Assembly (NCBI GenBank): GCA_034521595.1
Contig: JAXHMG010000002.1
Coordinates: 96,001 to 160,000 of the forward strand
From: Gemmatimonadota bacterium
GTDB lineage: Bacteria > Gemmatimonadota > Gemmatimonadetes > Longimicrobiales > Gaopeijiaceae
Direction of reading: 5' to 3'
DNA length: 64,000 nucleotides
The notes beneath the pieces are model-generated. The model was given only the letters and a program-made list of their open reading frames with translations, was not told the DNA's origin and did not search any database. A program made the position numbers and the translations under genes. Below are positions 57,009 to 64,000 of the stretch, one piece after another. Every line of letters begins with the position of its first letter. Positions within the stretch are counted from its first letter, which is position 1.

Positions 57009-57354
57009 AGCAGCCCGTGGCAGAAGTTGGGTGGGCCGGACCCGGGCTGCGCCCGGGTGCCCCGGGAGCGCCACGGCCCCAGATCCTAGGCGCCACGACG
57101 AAGGCATAGCCTTGAGCTACGTCGAGGAGTGGCAACGACGGAGATGGGGCCGTGCCGCCCCGGGCACCGCCGCGCCAGCGGTGGTCCGAAGGGCACAAGG
57201 GACCAACGCTATCGCGTCGGTGCCCGCGGCATCATACTGCGTCATAGCTCCTCCCCGATGCTTTGGCATCGCATTCGTCGCTCTTCCTTGTCTGATATCC
57301 GCAAGACCCCTGCGCGCGTGTGCGCGGCCCACCCAACTTCTGCCACGGGCTGCT
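57009..57354. mobile_element. MITE-like non-autonomous element (346 bp)
   Basis: Perfect 30-bp terminal inverted repeats 57009-57038 and 57325-57354; CTAG/CTCG flanks around a 28-bp core; structured non-coding interior. Confidence 0.85.
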
Positions 57355-57387
57355 CGCTCTCCAAATCTCCTTCATTCAGTCGACGGC

Positions 57388-57404
57388 GTAGCAGCCCGTG
57401 GCAG
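57388..57404 (+). repeat. Copy of MITE-end motif (left orientation, no partner seen)
   Basis: GTAGCAGCCCGTGGCAG; 16 nt identical to 57008-57023. Confidence 0.7.
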
Positions 57405-57628
57405 GCCAGGGCCTGACGCTCGGGACCGAGACGCGGAAGACCTCGACCTCGGGCGGGGAAACCGGAAAGCTGGGACGGGATCCGCGGCCCGTCGAGGCCA
57501 CGGAAGACCGGCGGGCCCCTCCGAGTGCCTCGTCCAGCTTCTCCCCGAACGGCTCCCGAGGTACTTGTCGAACCCTCGTGCGGTGCGCACTCTGTGCACG
57601 TCTCGGTTCCCTTCCCGGAGGTGCGCTC

Positions 57629-60088
57629 ATGGACCGCTCCCGCCAGCCGATCCCCCGCCAGCCCGACGACGCCGCCGCGGCCGGTCGCCCACGCCCGAGC
57701 GCTCGGAAGCTCCGCCGTTTCGGTCTGGCCGTTGCGCTCCTCGCGCTTCCGCTGCCCGCCGCCGCACAGCAGCTCTACGACTTCGGCACGGCGTTCGGAC
57801 GGGCGGCCGCCGTAGCGGACGGCGAGGTGCTGGTCGCCGAGCCGCAGAACGTGATCCGGCCCGGGCGGGTGTACGTCTTCCGGCCGGCGACGACGTCGGA
57901 GCGGACGACCCAGGTGCTCACCGCCTCGGACGGAATCCGCTCGGACGGATTCGGGCGGGCGCTCGCCGCGCATGGCGAGGCCGTGTTGGTCGGCGCTCCC
58001 AACGCGGCGGAGGGCGCGGGTGCCGGGTATCTGTTCGTGCGTAGCGACGAGGGTTGGCGGGAGGCCGCGCGGTTGGACGCCCCCGACGGCACGGAAGCCG
58101 TGGGCTCGGCCGTAGCGCTTTCGGAACGGGTCGCGGCGGTCGTGGAGCAGAGCGGCGAGCGTGAGCGCGTGAGACTCTACCGACGCACCGGAAGCGCCCT
58201 CGCGGAAGAAGCGCTGCTCGAACCTCGGTCGGGCGACCGACGCTTCGGCGCGGCGCTGGCGGTTCTCGGAGACGACGGCCTCGTGGTCTGCGGATCCGAC
58301 GAGGCGGGGATGCTCTTCCTGGACCACTTCCGCAGGGGAACGAGCGGTGAATGGCGTCGCGTGAGTCGAGTCGAAAGCGGCGAGCCGCTCTCCAACCAAG
58401 GCGGCCTGCTCTCACAGGACCCGTACAAGGAGTGCAGCCTCGCGACGGACGGAGACGGCGTTGCCGTGGGCATGCCCCTCGCGGGAGCCGGCGAAGGTCG
58501 GGTCGCTCTGTACCGAACCGAGGACCCGGACGGCACGCTCGTCGCGGACACCACGCTGGACGCACCCGACGATGCTACACCGGGCTTCGGAACGACCGTC
58601 GCGGTGAGTGGTGGAAGCCTCTGGGTGGGTGCGCCCGAGGCGCGCTCACGGCTCGGCGCGGTGGCCCGGTTCCAGCGAGCGGAGGGCCGGTGGGGCGATC
58701 CCGAGATCCTCACCGGGCCGGGAACGAACTTCATGCCCGTGTTCGGGCTGGCCCTCGCGGCCGGTCCCGAGCTCGCGGTCGTCGGCTCGCCGGGCGACGC
58801 GTACGGCGCCGGTACGGCCGTCGCCTATCGGAGAACCGAGGCCGTGGGGGCCACATGGACCGAGGGCACTACCCTCGCCGGAGAAGCCGAAGGATACGAG
58901 GCCGTGCGCGGCGAGCGGGTGGATTGCGCGGACGGCGAGGCCGCCATCTTCACCTGTGAGCAGATGGATCTGGTCGCGCTTCTCCCCGTCGAGGAGATGG
59001 GGGCGTCGCGGGGCGCGATGGTCAACGACGTCTGGGGTTGGACCGACCCGGAAACCGGGCGCGAGTATGCCGTGGTGGGCCGCTCCGACGGCACCTCGTT
59101 CGTCGACGTCACCGAACCGACCCGTCCCATCTATCTGGGTCAGCTTCCCAAGACCCCGGGGAGCCGCGGGCAGGCGTGGCGGGACGTGAAGGTGCTGAGG
59201 AACCATGCACTCGTGGTGGCCGACAACGCGGGCGAGCACGGCATGCAGGTCTTCGACCTCACCCGTCTGCGCGACGTCGATCCGGCCGACCCACCCACCT
59301 TCGAAGTGGACGCCCTCTACACCGACATCGCCAGCGCGCACAACCTGGCGGTGAACGAGGAGACCGGCTTTGCCTACACGGTCGGCAACTCCGGAGGGGG
59401 GCGGGGCTGCGGCTCGATCCACATGATCGACCTGAACGACCCCGACAACCCGACCTTCGCCGGCTGCTACACGGACCCCTCGGTCGGCCTCGGCGCTGCG
59501 GGCCAGACGCACGACGCGCAATGCGTCGTCTACCGAGGGCCCGACGACGCCTACCAGGGACGCGAGATCTGCATCGGGTTCAGTGAGACCGCCATCACCA
59601 TCGGAGACGTGACGGACAAGGAAGATCCGGTGGTCGTGACCCAGGCGACCATGCCGAACACGGCCTATATCCACCAGGGTTGGCTCACCGAGGATCAGCG
59701 CTACCTGTTCGTGAACGACGAGCTCGACGAGATGAACGGTCTCACCGAACGGACCCGCACGATGATCTGGGACGTGGCCGAGCTCGACGATCCCGTGCTC
59801 GCCGGGACGTATCTCGCGGAAAGCAACGCGACCGACCACAACCTCTACGTCACCGGGAACCTCATGTATCAGTCGAACTACGCGGCCGGGCTCAGGGTCC
59901 TCGACGTAACCGATCCGGAGCAGCCCCGTGAAGTCGGGTTCTTCGACACGGCACCGTTCGCCGAGGATGTCCCGGGGTTCTTCGACGGCTCTTGGAGCAA
60001 TTACCCGTTCTTCGAGAGCGGAAACGTCCTGGTGACGAGCCACAAGCAGGGGCTTTTCGTGCTCCGAAGGAGCGTGCCCTTGAGCTGA
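57629..60088 (+). CDS. Choice-of-anchor B family secreted protein with FG-GAP-like repeats
   Basis: FG.A.A...VGAP repeats; NDVWGWTDPETGREYA, WRDVKV, HQGWLT, HNLY, WSNYPFF. Confidence 0.85.
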   Translation: MDRSRQPIPRQPDDAAAAGRPRPSARKLRRFGLAVALLALPLPAAAQQLYDFGTAFGRAAAVADGEVLVAEPQNVIRPGRVYVFRPATTSERTTQVLTASDGIRSDGFGRALAAHGEAVLVGAPNAAEGAGAGYLFVRSDEGWREAARLDAPDGTEAVGSAVALSERVAAVVEQSGERERVRLYRRTGSALAEEALLEPRSGDRRFGAALAVLGDDGLVVCGSDEAGMLFLDHFRRGTSGEWRRVSRVESGEPLSNQGGLLSQDPYKECSLATDGDGVAVGMPLAGAGEGRVALYRTEDPDGTLVADTTLDAPDDATPGFGTTVAVSGGSLWVGAPEARSRLGAVARFQRAEGRWGDPEILTGPGTNFMPVFGLALAAGPELAVVGSPGDAYGAGTAVAYRRTEAVGATWTEGTTLAGEAEGYEAVRGERVDCADGEAAIFTCEQMDLVALLPVEEMGASRGAMVNDVWGWTDPETGREYAVVGRSDGTSFVDVTEPTRPIYLGQLPKTPGSRGQAWRDVKVLRNHALVVADNAGEHGMQVFDLTRLRDVDPADPPTFEVDALYTDIASAHNLAVNEETGFAYTVGNSGGGRGCGSIHMIDLNDPDNPTFAGCYTDPSVGLGAAGQTHDAQCVVYRGPDDAYQGREICIGFSETAITIGDVTDKEDPVVVTQATMPNTAYIHQGWLTEDQRYLFVNDELDEMNGLTERTRTMIWDVAELDDPVLAGTYLAESNATDHNLYVTGNLMYQSNYAAGLRVLDVTDPEQPREVGFFDTAPFAEDVPGFFDGSWSNYPFFESGNVLVTSHKQGLFVLRRSVPLS

Positions 60089-60192
60089 GTGGACGGGTTG
60101 CAGCATCCGGCCGCTTGCGAACGAGCGGCCCACACCTACGTTCGACGCAGGTGCCGCGCAGGCACCTCGCCACTTCACGCACGATCCGCTTC

Positions 60193-60603
60193 ATGCCCAC
60201 AGGCTATTCGGGGACCCCGCTCGTGAGAAAGCTCGGCCTCAAGCCGGGCATGCGGTGCCGTGCGATCGAGCCTCCGGAGGACTACGCCGAGCTCCTCGGC
60301 GACCTTCCCGATGGCGTGCGCTTTCTCGAGCGTTCCTCCGACGCCCTCCACTTCGTGCACCTGTTCGTGCGCGAAGCCGCCGGCCTGCAACGCCAGCTCC
60401 GAGAGCTCCGCGGCAGCATCGCGCCCAACGGCATGATCTGGGTTTCCTGGCCCAAGAAGGCCTCGGGCGTCGAGACCGACGTCAACGGGAACGTGGTCCG
60501 TGATGCCGGCCTCGGCGCGGGTCTCGTCGACATCAAGATCTGCGCGGTCGACGACACCTGGTCGGGGCTCAAGTTCGTGATTCCGCGGATAAGGCGTGAG
60601 TGA
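60193..60603 (+). CDS. DUF3052 family protein
   Basis: GYSGTPL..KLG, IWVSWPKK, GLVDIKICAVD..WSGLKFV. Confidence 0.85.
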   Translation: MPTGYSGTPLVRKLGLKPGMRCRAIEPPEDYAELLGDLPDGVRFLERSSDALHFVHLFVREAAGLQRQLRELRGSIAPNGMIWVSWPKKASGVETDVNGNVVRDAGLGAGLVDIKICAVDDTWSGLKFVIPRIRRE

Positions 60604-61743
60604 TCACCGCCTCACCCATGTCAGCTCCCGGATCAGTTGGCGCATCTCCTCCGCGCGTCCCGCGGCCTCCAACTCACGCCACATGAGCTCGACCGCGGCT
60701 TCGTCCACCAGCCCGGGAGGGCTCCCGCCGGAGTCCGGGTGGGAGAGGCCCTGATCGCTCCGGAAGGCGTCGACCGCGGCGGCGATCTCGTCCCCGTACA
60801 CCCGCCATCCATCCTCGCGCTCGAGCGTGTCCACGTCCTCCCGGTAGTAGCCGAGCGCGTGCATGATCAGCTTGACCTGCCAGACGTCCGACCCGGCCTG
60901 CTGCTGTAGGGTACGGAAGCCCAGCTTCCCGGAGATGGTGTCGTAGATCCGGCGCATCTCACCCACGGGCTCCGGATGCTCGCACACGTTCACGTGCACC
61001 GTCTGCCCGTCGTCCCTCCGGGCCATGCCCTCGCGGGGATCCGCGACCATGACGGCCGCCGACTGAATGCGCCCCCGGCGTCGGTCACCCCCGGCCGCCT
61101 GACCCGCTTCCATCGCGGCGATGAGCCGGTCGGCGAGGTGCAGGTGCGATCCCTCCGTCGCTTCGAACGACGTCGCCACCGCCTCGAGCACTTCCGGGCC
61201 CACGAGCACGTTCCCCTGCGTGGCGTAGTTGAGCCCGGCCCGCTGCCCGGCCCACGCGCCCGGATTGCTTCCCGTGTGCTGGGCGCTCCGTCCGTCGAGC
61301 GCGATCACACCGATCTGTCGGCTCTCGGCCCGCTCGTCCGGCGCCAACGCCTCGGCGAGCGCGTCCTCCGGGCTCATGCCCGACTCGATGAGATCGAGGA
61401 GCTCCTCGCCGTACTGGGTCCGCGTCGAGGCCTGGGTGGCGACCGCCCCGACGCCCACCCGGACCCACGGGACGCCGTTTCCGACGCACGCGTTGCGCGT
61501 CGTGACCGCGGCGCCGACCTCCCCGGTCTCCGGGTCCACTCCGACGATCGAGAAGGTGTGGAACTCGAGATCGGGACCCCATTGCACGGGCTCCTGGGCG
61601 CTAGCGCCCGGTGCGCGCAGAAGGGAAGGGAGAGCGAGCACGAACACGGCCAGCACGGCGACTCGCGCCGCGGGAAACGTCGTGCCGCGGACATGGAACC
61701 ACCGCGGCTTCGGGATCACGGAGATCGGGGAACAGTCTTTCAT
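60604..61743 (-). CDS. DUF1028 family protein with C-terminal peptidoglycan-binding-like domain
   Basis: TFSIVGVD, GAVATQA, QGNVL, GGDRR..QSAA; start codon uncertain. Confidence 0.85.
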   Translation of the reverse strand: MKDCSPISVIPKPRWFHVRGTTFPAARVAVLAVFVLALPSLLRAPGASAQEPVQWGPDLEFHTFSIVGVDPETGEVGAAVTTRNACVGNGVPWVRVGVGAVATQASTRTQYGEELLDLIESGMSPEDALAEALAPDERAESRQIGVIALDGRSAQHTGSNPGAWAGQRAGLNYATQGNVLVGPEVLEAVATSFEATEGSHLHLADRLIAAMEAGQAAGGDRRRGRIQSAAVMVADPREGMARRDDGQTVHVNVCEHPEPVGEMRRIYDTISGKLGFRTLQQQAGSDVWQVKLIMHALGYYREDVDTLEREDGWRVYGDEIAAAVDAFRSDQGLSHPDSGGSPPGLVDEAAVELMWRELEAAGRAEEMRQLIRELTWVRR

Positions 61744-61929
61744 GGGACTTCTCGCCGTCGCTGAAGGAACGATTCGGCGAAAGTAGGGCGGCGGACGGGG
61801 CGACGGGAAGAGCCAAGGCGGCGCGGCGCCCCATCCGGAACGCGAGCGGCCCTCGCCCGAATTCGGACGAGGGCCGCTTTACCATGCGTCGCCGGGATCG
61901 ATCCGGTCGGCGCTGCTGTCGGTCCTACC

Positions 61930-62544
61930 TCAGGCGCTGAACGACACGGAGTCGGAGAAGCTGACACCGCAGACGCTCCCGGACATCGTAACCGACCCGC
62001 TCTGGCCCGCCTGGCTGACCTCGGCCGTGAAGGTGACGTCGACGCTGCAAGTCCCCTGCTTGTCATCCGTCGACCAGTCGACGCTACCCGCGTAGCCACC
62101 GTCGAGCGTCACGAGGTCCTCACCGGCTTCCACCGTGAAGTTCGCCGTGACGTCCGGCGCACCGTCCAGCGTGAAGCGAACGCCGTCCTCGGACTCGCCG
62201 ACACAGCTCTGGTGCACCTGGGTCACCGTGTAATCGATGGTGACGTCCTCGCTGGTCTCGCTGGTCTCCATGACCACGTCCCCGGACACGGAAACGGATC
62301 CGCTAAGCTCACAGCTCGCCTCGAGCTGCACGCTCCGCTCGAACGTCGCGAGGGACGGCGCCATGGCCGCCTGGCCTTGATCCTGCTGCCAGGTCGCGAA
62401 GACGTTCTCCGACATCACTTCGGCCAACGCGGCGGCTTCGGCTTCGCTCAGCTCGTCGGTAACGACGTCCGTCGCGCTATCGCCGCACGCGCCCACGGCC
62501 ACGAGTAGCGCGAGTCCCACGCCTCGAACATGCATCCGGTTCAT
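61930..62544 (-). CDS. Hypothetical lipoprotein
   Basis: Lipobox VGAC; acidic, beta-rich, paired Cys. Confidence 0.7.
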   Translation of the reverse strand: MNRMHVRGVGLALLVAVGACGDSATDVVTDELSEAEAAALAEVMSENVFATWQQDQGQAAMAPSLATFERSVQLEASCELSGSVSVSGDVVMETSETSEDVTIDYTVTQVHQSCVGESEDGVRFTLDGAPDVTANFTVEAGEDLVTLDGGYAGSVDWSTDDKQGTCSVDVTFTAEVSQAGQSGSVTMSGSVCGVSFSDSVSFSA

Positions 62545-62721
62545 CGATCAGATCCTGGTTGGGTTGACGGTCCTTTGGAATGCCTCGGTTGCACGCAAGA
62601 CCCGGGCCAGGGATCCGAAGCCACGGTCCGGCGCTCCGTGGCGCGGTCCAGGAACCCGAAAGCCGCATTCATCTCCGGCGATCTACGAGCGCTTCCCGCA
62701 ACATGCGGCGCGGACCGACGC

Positions 62722-64000
62722 TCATTCCAGGTAGGTGTACCCTCGCAGCCCCTGGTCCAGAAACCGGCGCAGGCTCACGGTTTCCTTCAGAGTCAGCCGG
62801 CCCGCGGCGAGGGACTCCTCCGCGTCTTTCCGGAGCTCCTCTCGCATGTGGTCGGCGTCATACTGCACGTAGTCGAGCACCTCGCGGACGGTGTCGCCTT
62901 CCACGACTTCGTCGATGCGCCAGCGGCCGCGCTCGTCCAAGGTGACATGCACGGCGTGGGTGTCACCGAACAGGTTGTGAACGTTACCCAACGTTTCCTG
63001 GTACGCACCGGTCAGGAACACCCCGAGGTAATACGGTTCGAACTCCTGGTCGGGATCGTCCGGGGCCGGGATCAACTCGTGGAGGTCGAGCGTGCCCCGC
63101 GGGCCGTCCTCGGAGGGAAACTGCTCGATACGCCCATCCGAGTCGCACGAGATATCGACCAGGACGCCCGAGCGGGTCGGCCGTTCGTTCAGCCGGTGGA
63201 TCGGCATGATGGGAAAGAGTTGGTCGATCGCCCACGAGTCGAGCAAGGACTGGAAGACGCTCATGTTCACGAAATAGAGGTCGGCGAACGTCGCCGTGAG
63301 ATCGGCGAGCTCCTCGGGCACCTCCCCGTCCAGCATCTCCAGGACTCGCCGGCCGACGCACCAGTAGAGCTCCTCGGTCACGGCCCGCGACGTGACGTCC
63401 ATGTACCCCAGGTTGAAGAGGCTCATGGCCTCCTCGAATGCGTGGGCCGCGTCGTTGAGCAGCTCGAGGGGATCGGCCTCCGCGGCACCCTCGGCGTCCA
63501 TTCGCTCGTAAGCCTCCAGGATGTCACGCAGGGGTTGGGGGACGGAGTCGGACGCCATGGCCCGCGCGATGAGTGCCTCGTTCGGCGTCTCCAGCAATTG
63601 ACGGCTCGCCACCGCTTCACACACCAGCGCCGTACAGTGGCTCACGAGCGCCCGACCCGACTCGGAAAAGATGTGCGGCGGAGCGATCTCGGCGTCGTCG
63701 CAGATCGACTTGATGCGATGCACGACGTCCAGCGCGTATTGCTCCACCGTGTAGTTGGACGATGCCGGGCTCGCCGTCTGCGTACCGTCGTAGTCCACAC
63801 CGAGCCCGCCCCCCAGGTCGAGCATTCCCATGGGCGCGCCGTGCTGCACCAACTCGGCGTAGAGGTGCGTCACTTCGCTCACGGCGTACTTGACCGTCCG
63901 GATGTCGTAGATCTGCGAGCCGATATGGCAGTGGAGAAACTGCAGGGAATCCAGCAGATCCCGCTCCTTCAGATAGTCGACGGCCTGGAGCACCTCGCTC
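62722..64000 (-). CDS. speA: Biosynthetic arginine decarboxylase (5' partial)
   Basis: HCHIGSQI, DLGGGLGVDYDG, ESGRA, SCDSDG, GAYQE.LG..HNLFG, YTYLE. Confidence 0.95.
   Translation of the reverse strand, partial: SEVLQAVDYLKERDLLDSLQFLHCHIGSQIYDIRTVKYAVSEVTHLYAELVQHGAPMGMLDLGGGLGVDYDGTQTASPASSNYTVEQYALDVVHRIKSICDDAEIAPPHIFSESGRALVSHCTALVCEAVASRQLLETPNEALIARAMASDSVPQPLRDILEAYERMDAEGAAEADPLELLNDAAHAFEEAMSLFNLGYMDVTSRAVTEELYWCVGRRVLEMLDGEVPEELADLTATFADLYFVNMSVFQSLLDSWAIDQLFPIMPIHRLNERPTRSGVLVDISCDSDGRIEQFPSEDGPRGTLDLHELIPAPDDPDQEFEPYYLGVFLTGAYQETLGNVHNLFGDTHAVHVTLDERGRWRIDEVVEGDTVREVLDYVQYDADHMREELRKDAEESLAAGRLTLKETVSLRRFLDQGLRGYTYLE

Noticed and set aside
61845-61878. Strong hairpin AGCGGCCCTCG...CGAGGGCCGCT
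   Set aside because: No T-tract on the transcribed (minus) strand, so it was not called as a terminator.
1-64000. tRNA (including tRNA-Sec), rRNA, CRISPR arrays, prophage or defence genes
   Set aside because: None recognised by eye; a tRNAscan-SE or Infernal run would be needed to exclude small RNAs formally.

Overview
GC-rich (~70%) bacterial chromosomal segment. The gene content (TAT amidases, M14/M1 peptidases, DUF1028, choice-of-anchor B protein) suggests a Gemmatimonadota-like organism, but this is inference only. It holds about 55 mostly housekeeping or catabolic CDSs: partial glpD, a cold-shock protein, pcm, a GltD-like + 2-oxoacid:acceptor oxidoreductase operon, a sugar ABC transporter, rof, yajQ, an amylosucrase-like GH13, MscS, SlyD-type PPIase, prfC, sufE/sseA and partial speA. 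Five things stand out beyond the ORF track. (1) A trp-style ribosome-dependent attenuator with a Cys-codon leader peptide (CRCCC, all TGT) sits in front of an ATP-grasp + LLM monooxygenase sulfur-scavenging operon. (2) An OsmC-family gene is split by an in-frame UGA at the catalytic Cys position and followed by a SECIS-like hairpin, so it is a probable selenoprotein. (3) A 346-bp MITE-like element has perfect 30-bp terminal inverted repeats; its end motif (NTAG-CAGCCCGTGG) occurs 7 times in alternating orientation and brackets two blocks of ordinary genes. (4) A one-ended IS5/IS427-type element is fused to a DUF4139 gene that lost its stop codon. (5) A creatininase-family pseudogene carries two internal deletions. 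No rRNA, tRNA or CRISPR array was recognised.
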